NCBI GenBank assembly: GCA_012295275.1
Contig: CM022665.1
Location: forward strand, 2,046,001 to 2,110,000
DNA: 64,000 bases
Origin: Chrysomallon squamiferum
Lineage: Eukaryota > Animalia > Mollusca
Reading direction: 5' to 3'
Below the pieces are notes generated by a model. The model saw nothing but the letters and a program-made list of their open reading frames with translations. It was not told the DNA's origin and did no database searches. Each line of letters opens with the position of its first letter. Position 1 is the first letter of the stretch. Positions 1-15,751 of this stretch are shown here, one piece after another. The translations under genes and the position numbers were made by a program.

Positions 1-746
1 AGTAGTAGAAGTAGTAGTAGTAGTAGTAGTTGCAATAACAATATTAATAATTATTTAAGATAGTAGTGGTAGAAGTAGTAGCAGTAATAACAACAAATCT
101 AAATAAAAAATATATATTGCTGCTAAACATGAAAACGAAAATCTTTAAAGTATAACACAAACTAAATATATCATTTCAAGCGGTTAATTTCCTGAATACA
201 AAATTAAATTAAAAAAAAAAAACGAAAATAAAAATAATATAAAAGGTTTTTTTTTTTAACCGAATCGGGTCAAAGCGATGGATTATTTTGACCAGAGAGA
301 AGTTAATTTTATTTTATAATTAAAGAGAATTAACTCAAGTAGCATTATGTTTATGTGTATCTGATTGGTGATTTATTAGTGAGCGACCACCGCTGTGTTT
401 AATACTTCCAGTCATTGAAAAATAAATAAATAAGAAATAAATCTCTGCTTTTATCCAGCCGATATTTCTGTCGAGTATTCACATTAATTCAAAATCTAAA
501 GCAAGGACGAAGGCAAAATGTTACAAAACGTCTGCAAAACTGAAGCGGGACAAGAATATAACGACCCAAAATAAGTAAAAATGTTCCGTTATCGACCTAA
601 AAAGACCTGTCAAATTTATGGTGAGCCAATAGTGTCCTATTCATCAAGCTCCATAAAAAATATCACTTTATGGCCAGCTTGTTTCCATGCTACTTCTAAA
701 ATTGTTGGGGCGTACAGTTAGTCCATTTACATTTAAGTTAGTTCAA

Positions 747-818
<72 letters not shown>

Positions 819-1083
819 CTAACATTTTATAATTAATATAGGGCGTCTAAGGGATAAATGGCGAGAGAAAATTAATAATTTTTAAATACATTACTAATTT
901 GATAATTATTTATTCATTCTGTTTTAAAAAAAATAAAACAATATCCTCCAATGTAATAATTCTCATTTCATTATTTTTAGTGGCCTATACTTCATAAATA
1001 ATTAGTAAAATATACAGTAATTAATAACCAGTTTCATTATATATTTTTTAGATGATGATGATGATGATTATTATCATTATTAC

Positions 1084-1135
<52 letters not shown>

Positions 1136-2355
1136 TGACTAATTTATTACTAATAAAATACAGTTTCGAAGTCAGACCATAAATGTATATTTATAGTAAT
1201 ATTTTATTACTTCTCAATTTTATGGGGCCATTCATTAATTTCGAGGAAAATTTCCTCGTATTATGTGGTTTTAAAGTATCGTATTTAATAAACATTCTAT
1301 AAACGTAATTAGGTTATGTTTAAAGTTTATGTATTCGCCTAAAAGCTAATAAAAAGAAACGGAAAATAATTTAATAAACATATAATTAACATTAAACTAA
1401 ATAAAACAAATCCAGAACGAAAAGAAAAGGAAAACTTAAAAGTTTTTATAGTCGTCGAAAATAAAATAAAAATAAATAAACAAACTAGATTATTATGAAT
1501 AAAACAAAACAAAAGAGAATAAACAAGAAATGTGAAATAGTTTAGCGTTTAGGTTATTTTAAATATTTGTTTTGTACTGTTTTTGTTTTTAATACCAGTT
1601 CGTGCCATTTATCTATCACAAAAATCTACATTAACTGGAATTAAACCTCAGATGAGATTAAAATCATGGAAAATTAATCCGTGTTCAACCGCGTGTTAAA
1701 TCTTGATTAAGGTGGGTGTTTCATTTTCATTACAAATGCAATAATTTTATTTAGCTGGATAAGTTATCACTTTCATTTTCTGACACAAACACACTGTCTG
1801 CCATATGTAAAGTCCATGACCACAGAACAAATAATAAATAATAGGTTTTGATATTCAATACAAGTAGTGCAGAAAATTATCCCCAGCAATAAAAATTAGA
1901 ATGCGAATAAAATTTAATGAAACAAAATTCTGAAGTAAGTAAATAACAGTACAAGTAGGTGTAAATGAAATAAATTAATAAACAGTAGAGAAATGTATGA
2001 ATTAATTAATTAATTAATTAAATATTTACAAAACAAAATAATAAAGTAATAAATTACAATAAAATAAATAAATAAGGTCGCAAAAATTAAAATATAAATG
2101 TAAAATTAATTAAGAAAAAGAGAAAGAAAGAAAGAGAAATAAAGAAATAAAGAAAAAAAAAGAAAGAAATAACGTAAAGATAAATAAATAAATATAATCT
2201 ACTTGACTACAACATAACTAAAATAAGTAATTATAATAAAATAATTTACAACGCTTGCATTAGGTCGACGCAAACATGCGGATACGAAACTATTCACGTG
2301 ATAATATTGCGCGTTTCAGTGAATTAGGTAAAAATAAATAAATAAAATCGCTTAC
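1..2355 (-). other. Meis intron 6 (partial); no exon 7 seen in the window
   Basis: Follows the GTAAGC donor. AT-rich with simple repeats; no Meis exon-7 or homeodomain peptide found on the minus strand. Confidence 0.8.
747..818. repeat. (AAT)24 microsatellite
   Basis: Perfect trinucleotide run. Confidence 0.98.
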
Positions 2356-6096
<3,741 letters not shown>

Positions 6097-6590
6097 TTAT
6101 AAGCTTTTACGGGTGCCGAAATCTCCAAGAGTCGGCTACTTCCAAATGTTGCGTAACGTCTTGCACCTCGTTGCCAGTCTTGGTATAAACAAATCCCCGG
6201 TCCTGTCAAAGAAAGGAAAAACTGTCAAACAGAGTAAACGTCCATGAATCTTGCACGTTGCAACGACCATCAACACAAGCCGAGTTTAACAACTAAGCTG
6301 TCGCGAGTCGTAGCTACTTCCACTAAATCTGTCAATCACATCCAGGTTACTGCTGCCCCCGATAATAAATGAGCTGTCATGCGTGGCCCTGCCCAGGGCG
6401 ATTCAACTTTCGCCAGCAGGGGATCTGATATGGCAGCCCTGACGAATGAACGAATCGTTCGGAAAATAGAAGTAAAAAAAAAAAAAAAAAAAAAAAAAAT
6501 GAAGAGTAGTAACAAGACACACAACTTCACAGAATGAATGTCCGTCACAAGTTTACAATTCTTACAAATCAGTGCTACATGACAGAGAAA
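6097..6590 (-). promoter_or_regulatory. Meis 5' leader / proximal promoter with five TGACAG sites, uORFs and an internal 3' splice-site-like tract
   Basis: CpG-rich non-repetitive DNA directly upstream of the ATG. CTGTCA at 6203, 6222, 6329 and 6374, TGACAG at 6580. The TSS itself cannot be fixed from sequence. Confidence 0.7.
6329..6338 (-). promoter_or_regulatory. PBX-MEIS/PREP decamer TGATTGACAG
   Basis: Exact match to the canonical Pbx-Meis heterodimer site (plus strand CTGTCAATCA). Confidence 0.75.
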
Positions 6591-7054
6591 TTTAGTAAAT
6601 AATTTACTGTTTAATAAATCGGTTACTTTTTAATCATTATTATTATTAATTTTTTTTTAAAATTTATTTATACGTCCTGTTAAGAGTTAAAATAGAAATC
6701 AATTCAATGATATTTAGTTAATATAAATTATTAAATATTTTTGTTTAGTTTACTGATAGTTTATCTTCGAAGGTTTAAATATGTTTAGTTCTTAAGTTTT
6801 ATAAATAATATACACACAAAGATTTATATTTACATTAAAAAAAAAGGTTTCTTTTTACAATAAAAATCTGTAAACCGATAGTAGAAGTGTTCCGAAAAAG
6901 CAAACTCCTAAATGTTGAAACGTCACAGTCAAACAAATACGTTGGTATCCTATAATTACCAATTTCGAAATGAACCTTTTTACTTCTAAGCCAAATTTCT
7001 TGTCATCAACGTAGTTTTTCACTAATACTCCAAGTTTGCGCTGTAAATTCTCTA

Positions 7055-7225
7055 GCGAGTATTTAAATCACACCCTAGCTGTATACAAGACGTCAAAACA
7101 GCTGAAATAAACGCCAGCGAAGTGACGCAAAGTGGACTCGTCGGCTCCGCCCATCGCCCCGCCCCGTGTCATTGATCATTTTCAGAGCTAATCATCTATC
7201 AAGAAGCAACCAATGGCGGTTGAAA
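7055..7225. promoter_or_regulatory. Promoter-like CpG-rich element ~1 kb upstream of the Meis ATG
   Basis: GC boxes CCGCCC (7147) and CCCCGCCCC (7157), CCAAT (7210) overlapping YY1-like AATGGCGG, CRE-like GACGTCA (7089) and TGACGCAA (7123), TATTTAAA (7060). Confidence 0.6.
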
Positions 7226-7764
7226 GACGGATCCATCGCGGAAAATTCGACTGTTGAAACTAATGTGCTTGGCTTCTGCTGGGGTGATACAAAATCTGTT
7301 AATTTCTGATGCTGTTAGCGCAGGTATTTTCTATCCAAACCGGTCATACTTCACCCTCGTTGGTTTAAATCTTCGGTTTCTTTAAACAATATGTCCGATT
7401 TAAGAAAACAAAGACATTAAAACTTTAAGACTGGCAGTACTTGGCATTTTGTGATGTGGATCCAAACAGAAAGAAGAACATATAGAAATAGCAAGTAAAA
7501 GTGATTTAACCAAAGAAAAACTAAAGCTAAAATCAGTTAATAATTTTATTTTATTTTGAATCCTAAATCAAGAAAAAGTTACTAAATTTCATTGTCTATT
7601 TTTTGTGTGTTTTAAATGAATAATAATAATAATAATAATAAAACAATTTTACAATAGAAATAAAGCAACAAATAAACATGCCAGTTTTTGTTCATATTAT
7701 CAAAATTAAAACTTAAATATATCATAAAATTTAATTACATAACATTAATAAACAAAAATAAAAA

Positions 7765-8190
7765 TATCATCATCATCATCATTATTATCATTATTATTAT
7801 TATTATCATTATTATTGTTATTATTATTATTATATTATCATTATTATTCTGGCTGTATTTTGTTGTTGTTAATGTTGTTGATGTTATTATTATTATTATT
7901 ATTATTTCATTATTATTATCATCATCACTATAACTGTTATTGCGTTTAGCATCGATTTCTTTAAGATTTGAAAGGAAACAGAATAAAATATTGTTTAACA
8001 ATATTTGCTTAATTTAATTAAACATTATTACTATTAAAAGTGTTTGAAAATAAATTACCAACTGATTATTTACTTATTTCATATTTCTTTGTGACTGCTA
8101 TTAATACACTAAATACCTATGTTACCTATTATTGTTATTATTATTATTATCAACATCATGATTATTATTATCATGATGATGATGATGATG

Positions 8191-8226
<36 letters not shown>

Positions 8227-8456
8227 TATTATTGTTGTTGTTGTTGTTGCTGTTGGCTAGTGTTTTTGTTGTTTTTATTATTATAATTATTATTATTTAG
8301 TTGTACTGAAATAAATGTTACTGTTGATGTTAATTTATAAATCATTTTATATTTTAACGAATCAAAGTGGGGAAAACCCGATAGCAATAAAAAAAAAATT
8401 CTCATTGCTTATACATATATACACACTCCATCGGTAACAACAACTACGCGACGACA

Positions 8457-8522
<66 letters not shown>

Positions 8523-8763
8523 GCAACAATAGTAGAAGTAGTAGTAGTAGTAGCAGTAATAGTAGCAACAGCAGCAGCAGTAGTAATAATAGTTACAGAA
8601 GACGATAATGATGATGATGATGATGATAATGATAATAATAATAATTATTGTTATAATTATTATTAAATGTCATCATTATCATCATTATTATCCACAGTAA
8701 TTATAATTTTAGCAACAATAACAATATCAGCAACAGCAACAACAACAAAAAAACAACAACAAC

Positions 8764-8833
<70 letters not shown>

Positions 8834-8835
8834 GT
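7765..8835. repeat. Block of compound and decayed trinucleotide repeats (ATT/ATC/GTT/GAT/AAT/GTA)
   Basis: Runs seen directly, e.g. (AAT)n at 8460-8520 and 8764-8831; source of the poly-I/L/Y pseudo-ORFs. Confidence 0.93.
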
Positions 8836-9503
8836 AAAAAACAAGCGATCTTAACGGGAAATGTATTGTTACATCAAGCTTGTGAGAAACCTTACAATGC
8901 TGGTGATGTATTCGGCGCTGTTTCAAATAGAACGTTGTAAGACTTACTAAAGATTCTTTAAGATGTCATTATCAAATGTTCCTATGTTAAAAAAAAAAAA
9001 AAAAAAAAAAGTCTGAGTTTTCTAAATATACGCTGAATTATCCACGGATTCACACATAAACAAAATATCTGAAAATAGTTTCTGTGTCAGAAGATGGCCT
9101 CCTCTTCTATCTCAGTATCTCTGTATGTCTGCCAACTTGCGTTTAGCATACACCTATATATACATAGATAAATATGTATACACAGATGTACACACACGTT
9201 CACACACACACATGCACGCGCACACTCACGTACTATGATAAAATTGTGTATGTCTAATTATGTGTGTGCATTTTGTGTATGTATTTGTGAATATCTGTAG
9301 CAGCGAGGATGAATGTAAATGTTACGTGGTCATATTCATATGCGTATAATGTTGGTAATTTGTCCACAATGTTGTGGAATTATAGCATAACATTCAATAT
9401 AATGTTAAAATATTAAAAAAGAAAATAAATAAATAAAGAAAGAAAGAAAGAAAGACAAGAAAGAATGAACGAAAGATAGAAAGAAAGAAAAACAGATAAT
9501 AAG

Positions 9504-9538
<35 letters not shown>

Positions 9539-9639
9539 ATTAAATGAAACAACCAAAAAAAATAATAAATATATATTAAAAAAAAAAACCCCAAAACCGG
9601 GAGAGATATACAAATATAAAATATTTTTGAAGAAACATG

Positions 9640-9684
<45 letters not shown>

Positions 9685-9929
9685 AATAAAAAGAGAAAAA
9701 CTACAGTAACATAACTACAATAAAATTATAAAATAAAAATAAAAAATGTTTAGTTTTTAAAAAGGAAAGTAATTAAATAAATAAGAAACAAACAAAAAAA
9801 AAAAAATTTAAAAAATAAAAAAATAAAAAAATAAAAAATAGTTAATACCGAAGCTGTCTGTTTATGAAGAAACAAACGAATCCCCCACCAAAAAACCGTC
9901 ACAAGAACATCAAGTGTTACAATTACACC

Positions 9930-10330
9930 TTCAAACAATTTGCATGATAGGTCTTGGCAGAAACGCGACAAAGCTTATATCCCCATTTGATTAGTTCGCA
10001 AGTTTAAGTTAATTATAACCGTCTCCAATTACTGGTCGTTTGCATCAAGTGTAGACAATATGAGCTGTGTTTGACAGACGACGGGTGGTATTCATGCCCT
10101 GGTCTACGTGCTGGCGGAATCTAATCAAAACACGTGGACAGCAAGGTGCGAATCTGCAGGCACCATTGCTAGCATTTTCCGCACTGTAGTTTTATGACCA
10201 ATTTTGGTATAAATCAAACCACCCGTTGATAGCTGGTCCAGTTATTTGATACAATCCGATAACATTTTCCAGAAAAAACCCAGTGTGTGTAAATAGTTTC
10301 GTTGAAGAAAAAAAGTCGGCAGAAAATTTC
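9930..10330. promoter_or_regulatory. CpG-retaining non-coding island, candidate enhancer
   Basis: Unique sequence between A-rich spacers; TGACAG, CACGTG, TTTATGAC and ATAAATCA (10209-10216, Pbx-Hox type on minus). Confidence 0.4.
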
Positions 10331-10404
10331 GCAAAAAATGACAAAAACAATAAAAATAAATAAAACAAAACGAAAGAATAATTGATTAATTGATTAATTT
10401 TAAT

Positions 10405-10474
<70 letters not shown>

Positions 10475-10498
10475 TAAATAAATTAAATAAATAAATAA

Positions 10499-10535
<37 letters not shown>

Positions 10536-10674
10536 AAGAAATTAGGGAATAAAATATATGTAGGATATTTTATAATATCACTAAAGTTGTACATTTAATT
10601 TAGCAAACCACAACAAAACAACAACAGTACTACTACCACCACAACCACAACAACCACCAGCACCACCACTACCA

Positions 10675-10710
<36 letters not shown>

Positions 10711-10996
10711 ATACTAAAACTATTAATAATAAAATAATAATTCATGAAAACAAAACCAAACAAAACCATACATATCTTATATTTCATATAATCATTAATT
10801 ATTCATTTATTTAAAAAAATAAAAAAATAAAAGAATTTTGTATGTGTTAATTTTATTTTGTTATTTTAGAAAAGACAAAGAACCAGGAAATCAAAACAAA
10901 ACCAAGAAATCACATTACATTTAATATAATTTAAGATATGTATATATATATATATATATATAAAATATGCTATATAACTATTATTATTATTATTAC

Positions 10997-11067
<71 letters not shown>

Positions 11068-11169
11068 TTATTATTTTTATATATGGATTACTCTGAAGTT
11101 GCGGATTATCATTAATCTGTATCTTTCAACAGCTGTCACCGAAAACTCTTTTTTAAATCTTCAGACCCA

Positions 11170-11660
11170 TTAACAATCATCCGAATTAGCGAAAGCTGAT
11201 TGAGAGAATCATTTAAAAAAACAAAAAAACAGATAAATTTACTTTAAATAAAACTCTTTTCAGAATATGACGAGTCTAACACAGGAGGTGACTCGACACT
11301 TATTGGTGTAATTAAATTTATAGACCCTTCACCCACCCTGGCTGCTGTCTTAATTCGCTCCGACTACGCAAGGCAGAGAGAGCGTCACAGACGTAATGTG
11401 TCTGTTTGCACAAAAGACAAACTGACAGCATAGAAACAATTGCAATTGAGCCCGATCGTTCATGACGTTTTCACTGTCCCCTCAACACTGCAGTGGTCGC
11501 AGGGGAATTTGCCCTGGCTCCTCCACGGAGACAAGGTAAACACAATTGTGTAGCTCGGCCCGTAGCGCTAAACTTACTATTATACATCGCTGCAGGTAGA
11601 TGGCCGCTACATAATATTAGCGTCCGACTTTCGGTTAATCTTATTTTCAACGAATTTCAT
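11170..11660. promoter_or_regulatory. CpG-retaining non-coding island, candidate enhancer
   Basis: TGATTGAGAG (11197, 9/10 to the decamer), TGACAG (11423), GGGGAATTTGCC (11502), palindrome ACACAATTGTGT (11540-11551), CAGGTAG (11593). Confidence 0.42.
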
Positions 11661-11744
11661 TGTCGTTGTATTAGACATCTTTTTAATGTAGGAAGAGAAG
11701 TGGAGTATTCACAGTTTAACTTTTTTTTTTTTTCTTTAATTCTT

Positions 11745-11785
<41 letters not shown>

Positions 11786-12339
11786 CATTTTGTATTGATC
11801 GCCCCGCGTTGGCGTTCTGACGGAATGAATACCATTCAACCATAAAGCGATCGGGTATATATTGTGATGAACAAAATACTCGGTCTTTTGTCGTTCGTAG
11901 CGGTTTTCAATACACTTTGTGAAATAAACAGTTTTTGTCACGTTCCGCGGCGTACAGAGACAGTTTTGTATGGGCCCCACGCATACAGCGTTTTCCCCCC
12001 AGAAGAAAAAAAAAAAAAAAAAAAAAAAAAAGTCAAAACGAACACCTTGCTATAGACTGTCGAGCTAACACAATATGAATTTGCTCTTCTTATCTACATA
12101 CATCTTGAGCAGCCAATGTAAAACCAACATAAGCATAATTTGTTATATTAGATTTTTCTTTTCTGCGTTTATTTATTTGTTAATTCCATGCATCCGTTTT
12201 ACTTCAACTTTCGTTCTTTTTGCGTGGCGCGCTTTAACATACAGAATAAGAATTTATTAAGATTTCTTTTCTTTATTGTTACAAAGAAGGGGATTATCGT
12301 CTGTGAAATGCCATAATTACACAGGCTATATAATACTTC

Positions 12340-12382
<43 letters not shown>

Positions 12383-12749
12383 TTAATAACAATATTAAAA
12401 ATAACAATGTCGACGACGACACAATAATAAAGAAATGAATAATTAAAATTATTATTATTTATTATTATTTTAATAAAATTTAATGATTTATACACGGATA
12501 TTTTAAGAAGACTTTGACAATGTTTTTTTATAAATACTGATAATAAAAATATCATTTCATTAACAACAGTGAATTTTACATATTTACTGCTGTTTTTCTC
12601 GTTACTATTACTGTAAATATTATTACATAGAAACAAAAGTAGTAAGAACTACTGCTATCACCACTAGTTCCACCATTACTGTTATTGTTACTTTACTACA
12701 TCATAACAATTCTGTACTGTGAAAATTTATATTTATTTACTTATTATTA

Positions 12750-12791
<42 letters not shown>

Positions 12792-14107
12792 TATTATTAA
12801 TATTATTAAAACCATTATGACCAACAAATAAAATAAAATTATTTAAAATAAATAAAAAATAAATAATAAGAAGAAAATAAACATAAATAATTAGAAAAAC
12901 ATGAAAATAATAAAATAAAATAATATTAAAAAAACAACAACAACAACAAAAAACAGTTAAAAATAAATAAATAATAATAATAATAAAAATAAAAAAAAAA
13001 AGTACTCCTTTCTAGAAGCTAGTCTCTGAAGCAAGTGACTGGTTTAAGTATTTTACTAGTTTGTACTGTTCACCAGACGAATACGGAACACGTTTCAGAA
13101 CATGAATTTCTCGATGATCAGTCGATGCAGATTAATACAAAATATCGATTTCGTTTTGCACATGTAGACGTACATCGTATAATATTTCTCTGGATAAATA
13201 GAAATGTTTGTGTAACCATTGGTTGTTGAGTCATGTTTGTTTTCATTGTGAACGTTGTAGCATTTTCGTGAATGTAAGAGCGCCAAAACTGTGACAGCTG
13301 TAGGTGTAACAACCGTGGTAGTAGTTGTAGTAGCAGATGTGGTAGTGGTAGGCAGCTTTGTCGCTGTAACGTAGACGTATGTTGGTGTCATAGTAACAAT
13401 CGCAGGGACAGTCGCCTCTTGTTTTTTTGTGATGAAACATTTGGCGATCGCTGTTTCTAGTAACTGCTATAAGTGAAATGTCGTGGTCATAGTATTACTG
13501 TCGCAGTTGTTGCGAAGCAGAAGCTGCATCTTGATACCAACAGCTGAATTACAGTATTACTGGAAGCAGAAGTAACAGTGACTAATAATTATATGCGCCA
13601 CTCCGTAATTAAAAAAATGCATTTATTATTATTATTTTTAAAGTGTTTGTTTATATTAAAAAATTTATTTCATTTTGAAGGTAACATTCCTCATAATGAT
13701 AGCGACCTACTTTTTAAAAACAAATACAGTATTAGTAACATTAGTAGAATTTTTATTTTTTTTTTTTTTTTTTTTTTACATTACAATATGGTCCATAACA
13801 GAAAATATAAGGAATTAAACTAACTGCAGCTTTAAAAACAAGTAATTCAACAGCGAGTGACGTAATCGTGTAGAGACAAAGAAACAGAAACAATAAACAT
13901 AACGTGATGTGACTAACATTCTGTTCTGATATATAAAGTAAGTATTTATTAGTATTGTCTCTGAATCTTCAAACTGTATACCTTTCTTTCGAGTTAATTT
14001 TAATTTTACTTTATTTCATTTTATTTATGATGTTTGATTAAATTTATTTATTTGTATTTTATTTTATTTTATTTTATTTACATTTATTTCGTTTTATTTT
14101 GTTTTGT

Positions 14108-14162
<55 letters not shown>

Positions 14163-15268
14163 TTTTATCATGTATACATGATTCTTCTTCTTCTTCTTCT
14201 TGTTATTATTCTAAAATAGTTCAATATTTCTATCTGATTCTGCTTCTCCACGTTTTATTTTCCCACTGCAACTACAACGTGAACTACAACGTGAACAATC
14301 AGCGTTGAGCTCCTCAGCAGTTGTTTATTGCACGTAAACAGGATTAATCGTTTAGAAAACCCAACATGTCACTGAAAGAAGCCTATAATAAAAGGTAAGT
14401 GCTGCGCTCAATTATAATCCTATTTAAATACATACTTTGAGATATATCAATTGGATCAAACCGCTTCGTGTGTAGGGAAACATACTTGAAGTTTTGTTCT
14501 CTTTATGTAACACATTACACCTAGCTGGTTTGATCTACAGTGCATGGTGACTGTGTGTTGAATGAAACTCTGGGTAGGAGAGTATTTGTATTCTGGGGCA
14601 GACATGCTGGGTGCATGATCGTTTTAATTATAAGGCCAAGCTAAATTTGTTTTAGGACAGAGAAAGGTAAGAGATGGAATAGACGAAATGTATATCCTCT
14701 TATGTAAAAAGACAGATATTTGCATGTACACATCGATACACGTGTATATATACGACAGTATATACATGTATATAGTAGACGAATATAGATGTAAATATAA
14801 CCATAGCCAACAAGATAAAGAGACATCAAAGATAGACATATTTATAGATAGACAGACAGATAGATAGATAGAAAGATGGTTAGAGAGATACACAGAGAGA
14901 GAGGAAAATGGAGAGAAGTAACAAAGAACTCAATAAATAACGTAAGAAGAAATATAAGAAATAAAATAACAGAGAATACACTACAGTGGAAATATTTCGA
15001 AAAACAACAACAAAAAAACAAACACACCAAAAAAAACAAACAACAAAACGAAACAAATTATCCGAAACAAACAAACAACCACAAAAATAAAATAAAGACT
15101 CCAAAGCCTTTCAGACTGGAAACATATAAGAATAACAATAACAAGGACAGACTCCGACGATAATGACAAGTATTATAAATAAACTTATGACAGTTAATAC
15201 AGTCAACTAAGCTACGTAACGTAATGGATTTAATTATGATCAAAACAACTTTTTTTTTCTTCTTTTAA

Positions 15269-15299
<31 letters not shown>

Positions 15300-15309
15300 A
15301 AAAAAAGAA

Positions 15310-15714
15310 CGAAAATGACTGAGCTGATGGAGAGGAAATGTATCTATTTTCTTTAAACGAAATAACGAAGCATTTTTACGGAGTGCCATGCCGTGTGATT
15401 TGTCCTCTGATATAACAACGCCAATTTTTCATTCGCAAACTGTGGGGGCCCCGGGGACAAAGTTATATCGGAGCGGCGCCCACTGGATCCAGAGCTAAAC
15501 AATGCACATGTCCAAAGTTGTCAGTATTTAGCCATCACACAAGCGACAGGCCAGCTCGTCCCCGTGACCGGCAGTCGTCACAGAAATTACGCCCTGGAGC
15601 CTACGCAGTTCGACGTCTTTGCATTTCCGGAAGATGTCAACATATTTTAAGTTTAAAAACAGAAATAAGGAAAAGGTTTTAATGAGACACCGAGACCGAA
15701 GGTCCGTTAGTCTG

Positions 15715-15715
<1 letters not shown>
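15310..15715. promoter_or_regulatory. GC/CpG-rich non-coding island, candidate enhancer
   Basis: Sharply higher GC between a poly-A and a poly-T run; GGCGCC, AACAAT and CCGGAAG motifs; no credible ORF. Confidence 0.4.

Positions 15716-15751
<36 letters not shown>

Noticed and set aside
6336-6548. 70-aa ORF upstream of Meis
   Set aside because: Starts at GTG and runs through a poly-T tract; only its ATG-initiated last 14 codons were kept, as a uORF.
13095-13580. Thr-rich mucin-like ORFs with triplet periodicity
   Set aside because: Decayed GTA/GTT/GCA trinucleotide repeat with no splice signals or family match.
14270-14296. 12-bp tandem duplication AACTACAACGTG x2
   Set aside because: Ordinary slippage duplication with no further structure.
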